From Candidatus Magasanikiibacteriota bacterium (GTDB lineage Bacteria; Patescibacteriota; Patescibacteriia; Magasanikbacterales; UBA922): a DNA stretch of 64,000 bases. Within the stretch, counting starts at the first letter, position 1, and each line of letters opens with the position of its first letter. The DNA lies in the NCBI GenBank assembly GCA_052034405.1, contig JBPOIO010000004.1, forward strand, positions 751-64,750, given 5' to 3'. A program made the translations under genes and the position numbers. The notes beneath the pieces are model-generated. The model saw only the letters and a program-made list of their open reading frames with translations, did no database searches and was not told the DNA's origin. This document shows positions 1-9,478 of this stretch, piece after piece.

Positions 1-1761
1 GCCATTGTTGAAGGCCTTGCCAAAAGAATCAATCAAGGCGATGTACCAGATATTCTCAAACGCAAACGCATCCTTTCGCTCGATCTGACACTCCTTATCT
101 CTGGAACCATTTATCGTGGAGAATTTGAATCCCGCCTTCGCCAAATTATAGAAGACATGAGCAAAAATCCAGATTGTATTTTATTTATTGACGAAATCCA
201 TAATATTATTGGCGCAGGATCAAACCAAGGAACCATGGATGCAGCCAATATCCTCAAACCAGCCCTTGCTCGCGGAAAACTTCGCTGTATTGGAGCCACA
301 ACCCTTGATGAATACAAAAAACATATCAGCAATGACCCAGCACTCGAACGCCGCTTTCAGTCGGTCCAGGTCGAAGAACCAAGTCGTGACGACACGGTCA
401 AAATTTTGACAGGCATTGCCCCACTCTACGAAAAATATCACGAAGTACAGTTTTCTCCAGAACTCTTGGCCCAAATAGTAGATCTTTCTATCAAATATAT
501 CCATGATAATTTTTTGCCAGACAAAGCCATAGATATTCTCGACGAAGCCGCTGCATCTGTACGAGTGAGTACTCCTTCCCACCCACTCAAACAAGCACAC
601 CACGCACTCGCAAAAGAAATTGGAGAAATACGAGAAAAAAAACAAGACTGTATTTTGGAAGAAAAATTTGAAGAAGCAAAAAAACTCAAAAACCGAGAAG
701 AAAAATTGATGAAAGAAATAAAAGCCCTTGAGAAAAAAATAGAAAAAATTCGTCCTGCAAAACACAAAAATGTTACGAGTGAAGATATTGCAAAAGTTTT
801 GGCACGAAAACTTCATACCAATAAAAATATTTTTCTTCAAGATGAATATACAAAGCTCCAAAATCTTGCAGAACAACTCAAAAAAGAAATTATTGGACAA
901 GACAGAGTCATTGAAAATGTTGTCGAGACACTCCAACGTTCATCTTTGGGACTCAAAGGAAAAAACCACCCACTCGCTTCATTTTTATTTGTTGGCCCAA
1001 CTGGTGTCGGCAAAACAGAACTCGCCAAAACACTAGCACGAGAACTCTATCACGACGAAAAAGCCCTCATCAAAATGGACATGAGTGAATTTTCCGAGCA
1101 ACATGGTATTAGCAAACTTCTTGGCTCACCAGCTGGATATATTGGCTATAAAGAACGCAATCATTTTACCGAAAGCCTGCGCAAACGCCCCTATTCTGTC
1201 GTACTTTTTGACGAAATCGACAAAGCCCACCCAGATGTACTCAAACTTTTACTCCAAATTTTGGACGAAGGAGAACTCAGTGAAAGCAATGGAAAAAAAG
1301 TTACTTTTCGTCACGCCGTAGTAATCCTTACAAGTAATGTTGGAGCTGAAATATTTAAACAAAAAAGTATAGGATTTGGAACAGTTGAGACAGAACAGCT
1401 CAGTAAACAAAAAGAAATCAGTGTCATGAGCAGCCTCAAAGAAAATTTTGGAGCCCCACTTCTTGGACGTATTGATGCCACTTGTCTTTTTATGCCCCTA
1501 CAAAAAAATGACCTTGAAACTATTATTCAAAAACGCATGGCCAAGATAAGTTCCCTCCTCGAACAAAAAATTCAAATCACCACAGACATACTCGCACTTG
1601 AACAAATCCTAAAAAATCTTGAACAGGACCTTGGGGCACGACCTATCGAATCCACGCTCGAGCGCATCCTCTACCCTATTTTATTTGCAGCACAAAAAGA
1701 AATACAAGGAAAGAAAAAAGTAAAACTCAGCTATGAAAAAAATAAATTTTTGCTGATATAA
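1..1761 (+). CDS. Clp-family AAA+ ATPase (ClpC-like), 5' end truncated by the window start
   Basis: The frame is open from nt 1. It has two AAA+ modules (Walker B FIDEIH, sensor GATT, second P-loop [19 protein letters not shown]) separated by a short charged linker rather than the long ClpB middle domain. Confidence 0.85.
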   Translation, partial: AIVEGLAKRINQGDVPDILKRKRILSLDLTLLISGTIYRGEFESRLRQIIEDMSKNPDCILFIDEIHNIIGAGSNQGTMDAANILKPALARGKLRCIGATTLDEYKKHISNDPALERRFQSVQVEEPSRDDTVKILTGIAPLYEKYHEVQFSPELLAQIVDLSIKYIHDNFLPDKAIDILDEAAASVRVSTPSHPLKQAHHALAKEIGEIREKKQDCILEEKFEEAKKLKNREEKLMKEIKALEKKIEKIRPAKHKNVTSEDIAKVLARKLHTNKNIFLQDEYTKLQNLAEQLKKEIIGQDRVIENVVETLQRSSLGLKGKNHPLASFLFVGPTGVGKTELAKTLARELYHDEKALIKMDMSEFSEQHGISKLLGSPAGYIGYKERNHFTESLRKRPYSVVLFDEIDKAHPDVLKLLLQILDEGELSESNGKKVTFRHAVVILTSNVGAEIFKQKSIGFGTVETEQLSKQKEISVMSSLKENFGAPLLGRIDATCLFMPLQKNDLETIIQKRMAKISSLLEQKIQITTDILALEQILKNLEQDLGARPIESTLERILYPILFAAQKEIQGKKKVKLSYEKNKFLLI

Positions 1762-1762
1762 T

Positions 1763-2110
1763 ATGTCTGATCAATACCAATGGGCCGAAGCCCTTCGAAA
1801 GGCAAGACAAAATGAACAACAAAAACAGCCACGGCTCAATTTTTCTGCACCCTCAAAAATATCTACCGAACAACTCGAAGAACAAATGGAGTACTACAAA
1901 AAAAAACTTCTTGAAGCCGTACAAAATAAAAAGACAGAAGAAATACAAAACCTTGTTGAGCGTCTTATCAACTGCCATTCACGCCTTACTGCGCTTCTTA
2001 TCAAAAACGAAAAAGACCTTGGTGCATCAGACAATTCCCCTCTTATTGCAGAATATTTGCAAAAATATTTTTCTGACTCTGCCAAACTTCTCGAAACTTT
2101 CCCCACATAA
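1763..2110 (+). CDS. hypothetical small protein
   Basis: 115-aa ORF starting 2 nt after the Clp gene. Composition is host-like. No recognisable motif. Confidence 0.4.
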   Translation: MSDQYQWAEALRKARQNEQQKQPRLNFSAPSKISTEQLEEQMEYYKKKLLEAVQNKKTEEIQNLVERLINCHSRLTALLIKNEKDLGASDNSPLIAEYLQKYFSDSAKLLETFPT

Positions 2111-2119
2111 TATACTTCC

Positions 2120-3154
2120 ATGCCCCTTACTGACAAAATTCGAGGAAAACTCATGAGCCCACTCAAAAATGCACTTCTTGGATTTGCTGTTTCGGTTTCC
2201 CCAGGGGTTCTCACCCGAGAAAGTGAAAAAACACTGGGTGCTGCTGTAGAAAAAATTGCAGAAGATATTGCTGAAAATACAGCACAGAACTTTGAAGAAC
2301 AACTCAAAAATTTTGGACCAAATAAAGGCCCTACTACGAATGCCGCAAATCCAAGTGAAGATGTACCCGCAGCAGATAATTTTCCGGATACTCCAAAAAA
2401 TGATATAATGCCAGACAAGAATATAGCAAAAGCTCTTGAAGCAGAAGCTGCAACACAACCAAATTCTCCAACAGAAGAAGCAAATCCAAAACCCAAAAGC
2501 TCCGAAGAAAATTCTACAGAACAAGGAAATCTTGCTGCGCAGGGTGAACAGCAAGGGACAGGAGAAAAAAAAGAAAAAAATCCAAATGAAACTCCAGAAG
2601 AAAAAGCTGAACGAGAACAAGAAGAAGCAGAAGAAAAAGCATACCAAGAAGAATTGGAAACAGCACGCAAAAAACTTCCCTCAGGAAAAGGCGCTATAAC
2701 CCAAACGCTCAACTCGCTTATTAATAGACGAAAAATTAAAAAATTAGAAAAACAACTTGCAAAACTTGGAGCAAACCTCAAACAATGGCAAAGAGAACTT
2801 GATAAAAAGAAAAAAATTCTTAGTCGCACAGAAAAACAAAAAAAACGTCTTGAAAACAAAAAAAAACGAATCGACACAATACGAAAATTTTTACGTGTTT
2901 TCAACTGGACAGCAGGATTCCTTATCTTTTTCTGGTTACTCGAGATTACTATCCCTTGGAAAAAAGTATTGGATGGAGCAGCACTTCGACTAGAACAAAT
3001 GATTGCCCCACTTGAAGAAAAAATCAAAAGCATAAAAAAAGTTATCACCGTTATAGAAAAACAAATAAAAACAGTACAAAAACAAATGACAGCAATAACC
3101 ATGCAAATATATGCGCTCTATAACCAAGGATTATTTGAACAGAGAAAAACATAA
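2120..3154 (+). CDS. hypothetical lysine/glutamate-rich coiled-coil protein with C-terminal transmembrane segment
   Basis: 344-aa ORF. It has long K/E-rich heptad-like stretches and a hydrophobic segment (FLIFFWLLEITIPW). The antisense 402-aa ORF is a poly-F/S artefact of the K-rich codons. Confidence 0.45.
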   Translation: MPLTDKIRGKLMSPLKNALLGFAVSVSPGVLTRESEKTLGAAVEKIAEDIAENTAQNFEEQLKNFGPNKGPTTNAANPSEDVPAADNFPDTPKNDIMPDKNIAKALEAEAATQPNSPTEEANPKPKSSEENSTEQGNLAAQGEQQGTGEKKEKNPNETPEEKAEREQEEAEEKAYQEELETARKKLPSGKGAITQTLNSLINRRKIKKLEKQLAKLGANLKQWQRELDKKKKILSRTEKQKKRLENKKKRIDTIRKFLRVFNWTAGFLIFFWLLEITIPWKKVLDGAALRLEQMIAPLEEKIKSIKKVITVIEKQIKTVQKQMTAITMQIYALYNQGLFEQRKT

Positions 3155-3183
3155 AATATTCCCTATTTTTAAATCCCAATAGT

Positions 3184-4398
3184 ATGGACAAAAAACGTAT
3201 TCTTATAGCTCTTGGATTTCTCCTCCTCTGTATAGGACTTGGATATTTGATTTATCGTTTCTTCTTTGCAAGCGCACCGACAGAGACACTCCCAAGCAGT
3301 GAAGGAACAACAAGCCCTACAATAAATAGCTTCCCAGAGGCTGGACTTGGTGGAAAAAAAGGCAGTACAAGTACCACAAATACCACACTCCCAAGCTCTG
3401 CGACAAATCCAAATGCAGGTCAATTGGGAGAAAACAAAAAACCTATTGTACAACTTTTGAGTGACTCTATTCTTGGAGTACAATCTGGCAAAGGTGGCAT
3501 GCGCTACTACAACCAACAAGATGGAAAATTTTATCGTATTGATGCCAATGGCAAACAAATTCCACTCGACGACAAAACATTTTTTGATGTTCAAAAAGTT
3601 ACTTGGGCACCAGGAAAAGACGAAAGTATCCTCGAATACCCAGATGGATCAAACACCTACTATAATTTTGAAACAAAAAAACAAGTTACCCTTCCAAAAC
3701 ACTGGGAACAATTTTCTTTTGCCCCAGACAGTGACAAAATTGCAGCCAAAAGTATTGGTATTTCAGCAGACAACAACTGGCTAATTAGTGCCTCACCAGA
3801 TGGACAAAACGTAAAACTCGTTGAACCCCTTGGAGAAAATGCCGATAAGGTTGATATCAACTGGTCACCAAACCAACAAGTCATTGCTACCTCTCGAACC
3901 GGTGAACCTCTTGGCGCCGACCAACAACAAGTACTTTTAATTGGACAAAATCACGAAAATTTTAAATCTATCACCGTTGAAGGCCGAGGTCTCGTAAGTG
4001 AATGGTCACCCCAAGGTGGAAAACTCCTTTACAGTGTTTACAGTGAACGCAGTGACTTCAAACCAGAACTCTGGATTACCAATGCTGCACCAGGAACAGC
4101 CGGAACCGAACGTAAACTGCTCAACGTCAATACCTGGGCAAACAAATGCACATTTTCCGACGACCGCTATGTATACTGTGGTATTCCAACATCCCTTGAT
4201 ACCGGGGCGGGTCTTGTCCCAGCTATTGCCGATCAAACTCCAGATAAAATTTTTAAGATTGACACACAAACTGGAGTAAAAACAGAACTCGCAACAGATG
4301 GAACCCACGTTATTGGAAGTATGTTTATAGGAGACGACGGAAAGACTCTTTATTTCACCGATAAAAACCAAAATGGATTATTTCAAGTAAATCAATAA
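3184..4398 (+). CDS. N-terminally anchored TolB-like beta-propeller repeat protein
   Basis: N-terminal TM helix, then a low-complexity Thr/Ser linker. Repeated SPDG/WSP(N/Q)G segments recall PD40/TolB-like blades. Confidence 0.5.
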   Translation: MDKKRILIALGFLLLCIGLGYLIYRFFFASAPTETLPSSEGTTSPTINSFPEAGLGGKKGSTSTTNTTLPSSATNPNAGQLGENKKPIVQLLSDSILGVQSGKGGMRYYNQQDGKFYRIDANGKQIPLDDKTFFDVQKVTWAPGKDESILEYPDGSNTYYNFETKKQVTLPKHWEQFSFAPDSDKIAAKSIGISADNNWLISASPDGQNVKLVEPLGENADKVDINWSPNQQVIATSRTGEPLGADQQQVLLIGQNHENFKSITVEGRGLVSEWSPQGGKLLYSVYSERSDFKPELWITNAAPGTAGTERKLLNVNTWANKCTFSDDRYVYCGIPTSLDTGAGLVPAIADQTPDKIFKIDTQTGVKTELATDGTHVIGSMFIGDDGKTLYFTDKNQNGLFQVNQ

Positions 4399-4399
4399 T

Positions 4400-5035
4400 A
4401 TGAGCACAAAAAAACTTCTCCTTGTTTTTGTCCCACTTCTTGTACTCGCAGGCCTAGCACTTTTTATTCGTATCATCCAATACGAACCACTTTTCCCAAA
4501 ACAAACAGACAAGACAGATAAAACAGTACTCCAAGTTCCTATCTATGGAGAAGATCCTATCACTGGAGACAAAAAATCAGCAGTCACACTCATTGCCTTT
4601 GAAGACTTTGCCTGTGAAAATTGTAAACTTGAATCAGAGCTCCTCACCCAAGTTTTAAAAGAAGCCCCAAATGCACTCAAAATCGTTTGGAAAATTTTTC
4701 CTATCACTCGCTATCCAATAGATTCAACACTATCAGCAGAATATAGTTACTGCGCGAATCAACAAGGAAAATTTGAGGAGTTCAAATCCTATGCCTTTGA
4801 AAATGCCGAAAACTTATCTGAAAGCACACTCCAAACCATTGCTACACAAATAAAACTTGATAGCAAAAAACTAAAAGCCTGTCTTGATTCAAAGGCTCCA
4901 ACTCCTTCTCTTGAAGCCAACAAAAATCTTGCAGATGCTCTTCAAATTCAAGTCCTTCCAACTATGTTTTTGAACAATAAACAAATTGACGCACCAAAAA
5001 CTATTGAAGGATGGAGAACCTTACTTGGAATTTAA
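4400..5035 (+). CDS. DsbA-like thioredoxin-fold protein (CxxC = CENC), membrane-anchored
   Basis: N-terminal TM segment, a CENC redox motif, and overall DsbA-like length and layout. Confidence 0.6.
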   Translation: MSTKKLLLVFVPLLVLAGLALFIRIIQYEPLFPKQTDKTDKTVLQVPIYGEDPITGDKKSAVTLIAFEDFACENCKLESELLTQVLKEAPNALKIVWKIFPITRYPIDSTLSAEYSYCANQQGKFEEFKSYAFENAENLSESTLQTIATQIKLDSKKLKACLDSKAPTPSLEANKNLADALQIQVLPTMFLNNKQIDAPKTIEGWRTLLGI

Positions 5036-5040
5036 TTTCT

Positions 5041-6324
5041 ATGAAATTTACAAAAAAACTTTTTTTTCTCAGTTTTCTTACACTTGCTGCTACTGTATTT
5101 TTTGAACCATCTATTTCACTCGCAGGACCTATCACAGACACATACAATGCCGGCACTTCTGTCAACGAACTCCAACAACAAGCAGGAAAACCAACAAATC
5201 GAATTAAAATTCCAGGAATTACTTATAGTAATATAAAAGAAGTAAAAGAAGACGGTGACACCTATCTCTACGTTCCCTATATTGGTGAATACTTATCTGT
5301 CGTATATCGCTACCTCGTAGTAATTGCAGGACTCGTTGCTGTCATAGTCATTATTATTGCAGGTATCCAGTGGACTGCATCTGGTGGAAATAGTAGTAGT
5401 ATTGAATCTGCAAAAAACAGAATTGTAGGAGCCCTCACCGGTCTTGGACTTGCTGTTGGATCTTATATTATTCTCTATACCATAAACCCAGAACTGGTAA
5501 ATTTTCGAAGCTTGAAAATAAAATATATTCCTGGAGTACCTGTTGAAGTAACCTATGACGAAGGTGAAGATCCTACAGCAAAACCTTCTACTGGTGGATA
5601 TCTTGGTGGAAATCCAAAACCTTCGGGAAAGGCAAAATGTATTTATGAGAAATTTACCCCAAATATAAAAGTTGGAGAAAAACCACCTATTCGACAAATA
5701 AATCTTCTTGGTATGGGGCGTTCTATTCCCGTCAATAGTAACAGTTACGATGCGTGGAAAAAAGCATCTGATGAAATACTTGCAAGTCAAGATCCTGAAG
5801 TACTTGGATACCTTCAATACATGCGAGATTTCCGAGATAAAAAAGTACCTGACTTACTTGGAGAAAAAGATGGAGCGGGGGTCGTATCACAAAGTCTTGG
5901 AAAAGGTATCGGTATAAGTCGAGCTACAGGAGCAGAACTTGGATCACTCATCCAAGATATGCATGTCATGGGACTCGCCGTTGATTTTATGACACGAAGT
6001 AATTGGGATATCAATTGGGGTGGAACAAAAAAAGGAAAAGCAGCCAGTGGTTACTGTGAAAATTATAAAAAGACACTCACAAAAATGAAAAATGGAGACT
6101 ACGGAGAACAGCTCAAATCCGATCCCTATAAAATGTATGAACGACTTGATAAAAAGATTGAACACTGCATGAACAAATTTGATAATGGAAATGATCCATT
6201 TACATCTATTCCCCAAGGAATGATTGATATCTTTGTCCGTAATGGGTTTTACTGGGGTGGATATGGTTGGGGCAATAAAATGAGAAGCGATGCTATGCAC
6301 TTTGAGTACTGGGGAGGTTGCTAA
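5041..6324 (+). CDS. secreted/anchored protein: TrbC/VirB2-like two-helix pilin-like hairpin fused to a LAS/peptidase M15 (VanY-like) domain
   Basis: Signal peptide MKFTKKLFFLSF. Hairpin motif [50 protein letters not shown] is shared with the ORF at 57592. C-terminal motifs MHVMGLAVDF and AMHFEYWGG match the His/Asp and HxxY zinc-binding motifs of VanY/M15 peptidases. Confidence 0.6.
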   Translation: MKFTKKLFFLSFLTLAATVFFEPSISLAGPITDTYNAGTSVNELQQQAGKPTNRIKIPGITYSNIKEVKEDGDTYLYVPYIGEYLSVVYRYLVVIAGLVAVIVIIIAGIQWTASGGNSSSIESAKNRIVGALTGLGLAVGSYIILYTINPELVNFRSLKIKYIPGVPVEVTYDEGEDPTAKPSTGGYLGGNPKPSGKAKCIYEKFTPNIKVGEKPPIRQINLLGMGRSIPVNSNSYDAWKKASDEILASQDPEVLGYLQYMRDFRDKKVPDLLGEKDGAGVVSQSLGKGIGISRATGAELGSLIQDMHVMGLAVDFMTRSNWDINWGGTKKGKAASGYCENYKKTLTKMKNGDYGEQLKSDPYKMYERLDKKIEHCMNKFDNGNDPFTSIPQGMIDIFVRNGFYWGGYGWGNKMRSDAMHFEYWGGC

Positions 6325-7496
6325 AATTCTATATTCTTGTTGTTATGTTTTTGTTTTACCGAAAGGTTCTTCTCATTCTTTTATTTTTTAGTATTTTATT
6401 TCCATTTCAATCCTTGAAAGCACAAGTTGATTCTGATGTATTTATACCTCCAGAAAATGAATACTTCAAAGCAAAAGTAACTGAAATTATTTCAAGAACA
6501 GGAGATGAAAGTCTACCTACTTTCCAACAGTTTAAAGCAACAGCTCTTGAAGGGACTTTTCAAGGAAAAGAAATTACTATCACACAAGAAGCAATTCATG
6601 GTATATACCAAATAAAAAAAGTACAAAAAGGAGAAACACTGGTTATCTTTAGAAATATACTGAGTGAACCAGAATTTACAGTTGAAGATAAATATAGAAT
6701 TCCCGCCCTCTGGTGGCTCCTCGCATTATTTTTGGGATGTGTTTTTCTATTTACTGGCAAAAAAGGATTTCGAGCAACATTGAGTCTCCTTGGAAGTCTC
6801 ATAGTCATTGTTTTTTTCATGGTTCCTCAAATAGCCCGAGGAGCGAATCCACTTCTTATTAGTTTGCTAAGTGCTCTTTTTTTACTTCTTTTATCTATTT
6901 ACCTTGGACATGGTGTAAATAAAAGAAGTACCATTGCACTTATTAGTAGTCTTAGCGTCATTGGGCTTTCTGTCTTTCTCGGAGAATTTTTTATCTACTT
7001 TGGAAAACTCTTTGGACTTGGAAGTGATGAAGCAGTACTTCTCCAATTTGGAAATCTTGGGAATATTAACCTTCGAGGACTTTTACTCGCTGGGATTATT
7101 ATTGGAACAATCGGAGTTCTTGATGATGTCACAGTTGTACAGGCAGCAACCGTAGAAGAAATTCATAGTCTTGACCCAAACATAAAAAGAGATGTACTCT
7201 ATAAAAAAGGTATGTCTGTAGGAAAAGAACATATCCTTTCAATGGTCAATACACTCATCCTTGCCTATACAGGAGCAGCACTTCCACTCGTACTTTTTTT
7301 CACTTTTCAAGAACACATACACCAACCATTTTGGGTAAAAATGAATAGTGAAAGTATTTCTGAAGAAGTTGTTCGTTCGCTCATTGGAAGTATTGTACTC
7401 ATCTTTGCGGTACCACTTACCACATGGATTGCTGCTTATTCTTATAACAAAAGCAATACAAATAAAATGTATGACGAAAGAAACAAAAACATTTGA
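6318..7496 (+). CDS. YibE/F-like multi-pass membrane protein
   Basis: About 8 predicted TM helices with GVLDDVTVVQAATVEEI and LAYTGAALP motifs reminiscent of the YibE/F family. Confidence 0.5.
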   Translation: MLKFYILVVMFLFYRKVLLILLFFSILFPFQSLKAQVDSDVFIPPENEYFKAKVTEIISRTGDESLPTFQQFKATALEGTFQGKEITITQEAIHGIYQIKKVQKGETLVIFRNILSEPEFTVEDKYRIPALWWLLALFLGCVFLFTGKKGFRATLSLLGSLIVIVFFMVPQIARGANPLLISLLSALFLLLLSIYLGHGVNKRSTIALISSLSVIGLSVFLGEFFIYFGKLFGLGSDEAVLLQFGNLGNINLRGLLLAGIIIGTIGVLDDVTVVQAATVEEIHSLDPNIKRDVLYKKGMSVGKEHILSMVNTLILAYTGAALPLVLFFTFQEHIHQPFWVKMNSESISEEVVRSLIGSIVLIFAVPLTTWIAAYSYNKSNTNKMYDERNKNI

Positions 7497-8820
7497 TTGT
7501 GCTCACTGCGGCGCTCAATACCAAAAATGGGTTGGGCGCTGCTCCGAATGTGGAAAATGGGGCAGTATTGCAGAGCAAGCAGTAAGTGAAAAACCAGATA
7601 CACGTTCGAGTAAAAGCGGAAAAACTTTTGCCGCAGGCAAACCAGTCAAACTGAGTGATATACAATCTACAAATGTACAAAGAATGCAAAGCAAAAGTAG
7701 CGAGCTCAACCGCGTGCTCGGTGGGGGCCTTGTCCCAGGCAGTTTTATTTTACTCGGAGGTGAACCTGGTATTGGAAAATCTACCCTCTCCATTCAAATT
7801 GCTTCCATGATTCCACAGTGCCTCTATATTTCTGGGGAAGAATCAGTCGAGCAAATAAAACTGCGGGCGGATAGACTCAAACTCGAAACCTCGACAATGC
7901 ATCTGCTCAACGAAACACATCTTGAAACAATACTTGCAACCATTGATGCGGTCAAATCCCCTCTGGTTATCATTGATTCAATACAAACCATGTTTACGAG
8001 TGAAGTCGACGGTGAACCTGGCAATGTTTCACAGCTGCGTGCCTGCGCCGTCAAACTTCTTGAAGCCGCAAAATCTACAAACACCGCAATTGTGCTGATT
8101 GGCCACGTCACCAAAGACGGTAGTGTAGCAGGACCTCGCACACTCGAACACCTGGTTGACACGGTCCTCTACCTCGAAGGTGACCGCTACCATGATATCC
8201 GAATACTCCGTGCAGTAAAAAACCGTTTTGGTTCCACCGATGAGGTTGGTATGTTTGAAATGAATGAAATGGGTTTGAACGATATTGAGAACCCATCGGC
8301 AATGCTGCTCGCTGAACGCGGCGACACAATGCCTGGAAGTGTGGTTACTTGTCTTAGTGAAGGAACGCGATCACTCCTTGTCGAAGTACAAGCGCTCATC
8401 ACCAAAACATCTTTTGGTTATCCTGTACGAAAGGCAAGTGGATTTGATCTCAACCGCCTGCATGTACTCATCGCCGTACTCCAGCGCCGTGCAGCCTTGA
8501 ATTTGGCCCAATACGATGTGCATATAAACGTAGTGGGTGGAGTTCTTGCCGACGAACCTGGAGCAGATCTCGCAGTATGCCTCGCTATCGCAAGTGCCTA
8601 CAAAGACAAGGCCCTCGGCAACGACCTCGCCGTCTTTGGAGAAGTTGGCCTTGGCGGAGAGATTCGCTCCGTACGATTTTTGGAGAAAAAAATCAAAGAA
8701 TGTGAAAACCTGGGAATGAAACGAGTACTCACAACACTCGGACCAAAGGGAAAAGCGACAAGTACGAAAGTAAAAATAATGAATGTCAAAAATATTGATG
8801 AACTGATCAAACACACCTAA
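7471..8820 (+). CDS. radA: DNA repair protein RadA (Sms)
   Basis: ATG at 7471 gives MTKETKTFDC. It has a C4 zinc finger (CAHCGAQY..CSECGKWGS), a RecA-like P-loop (GGEPGIGKST), KNRFG and a Lon-like C-terminal domain. It overlaps the upstream gene by 26 nt. Confidence 0.9.
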   Translation: MTKETKTFDCAHCGAQYQKWVGRCSECGKWGSIAEQAVSEKPDTRSSKSGKTFAAGKPVKLSDIQSTNVQRMQSKSSELNRVLGGGLVPGSFILLGGEPGIGKSTLSIQIASMIPQCLYISGEESVEQIKLRADRLKLETSTMHLLNETHLETILATIDAVKSPLVIIDSIQTMFTSEVDGEPGNVSQLRACAVKLLEAAKSTNTAIVLIGHVTKDGSVAGPRTLEHLVDTVLYLEGDRYHDIRILRAVKNRFGSTDEVGMFEMNEMGLNDIENPSAMLLAERGDTMPGSVVTCLSEGTRSLLVEVQALITKTSFGYPVRKASGFDLNRLHVLIAVLQRRAALNLAQYDVHINVVGGVLADEPGADLAVCLAIASAYKDKALGNDLAVFGEVGLGGEIRSVRFLEKKIKECENLGMKRVLTTLGPKGKATSTKVKIMNVKNIDELIKHT

Positions 8821-8845
8821 ATAAAATATTTGAAAATAAAAAATC

Positions 8846-8872
8846 CACCCAAAAAGGGTGGTTTTATTTTGA
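8846..8872 (+). terminator. rho-independent terminator downstream of radA
   Basis: Hairpin ccaccc-aaaaa-gggtgg followed by a T-run. Confidence 0.5.
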
Positions 8873-8992
8873 TTTTTCTCGCGCTCGCCTCCTCGAAGGT
8901 CGATCGTTGCATTCGCTCGGTGAAGAGCGCGAGAGGTGCCCGTCTGAGGGGCTGGGTGGGCCGTCGCACGAGGCGACGTCGGTGGGCGCGGG

Positions 8993-9295
8993 TCAGGCCG
9001 CGGGCTGGGACTCCGTGGAAGGAGCAGCGTTCTTCGTCGACGCCTGCTGGAGAGTGTAGCCTACGATCTCCATGTAGGCGCCCTTCTGAAGAAGCCGGAG
9101 CTCCTCCGGATCGAGCAGCGCCCGCCAGGCCAGGATGAACTGGTGGAGCGCCCCGAATCGCCGAAGCGTACCGACCATGTTCATGACCTCGGACCCAAAG
9201 GTCCGCTGTTCTCCCTCGCGGAAGCGCACCTTGATGGTGCGGACCTTCCCAGAAGAAAAATCAGCGAGCTTCAGACCCTTGCGCTGATGCTCCAT
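8993..9295 (-). CDS. small GC-rich ORF of unknown function (ATG at 9295; an upstream GTG at 9370 is possible)
   Basis: Minus-strand ORF with high third-position GC in a region of sharply elevated GC. The plus-strand alternatives are Arg/Pro-rich low-complexity. No motif recognised. Confidence 0.35.
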   Translation of the reverse strand: MEHQRKGLKLADFSSGKVRTIKVRFREGEQRTFGSEVMNMVGTLRRFGALHQFILAWRALLDPEELRLLQKGAYMEIVGYTLQQASTKNAAPSTESQPAA

Positions 9296-9440
9296 GATCG
9301 CCCCGATGATGGAATACAATTCCAATTCGCTCACGAGAACAAACTTTCTTTGAAATGTGGCAGCGCCCACTCTTACGAAGCCCTTCGCAAAAGCTTTTCT
9401 GCCAAATCCGCCGCCAGTATAGCATAAACAATAAAAAAAT

Positions 9441-9465
9441 CAAGGTCTTTTGAACCTTGATATTC
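9441..9465 (-). terminator. hairpin terminator downstream of guaB (minus strand)
   Basis: Inverted repeat atcaaggtc-ttttga-accttgat with an A/T run. It also overlaps a candidate -35 for the small ORF at 8993. Confidence 0.4.
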
Positions 9466-9478
9466 TTGAGTTATTAAC

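Noticed and set aside
2436-2699. Apparent tandem repetition in the 2120–3154 gene (runs of aaaaa/gaa)
   Set aside because: It is low-complexity K/E codon bias rather than a discrete tandem repeat. No fixed unit length was found.
220-3102. Minus-strand ORFs 220–936 (238 aa) and 1894–3102 (402 aa)
   Set aside because: They are poly-Phe/Ser-rich antisense shadows of the K/E-rich Clp linker and the lysine-rich hypothetical protein. They have no coding features of their own.
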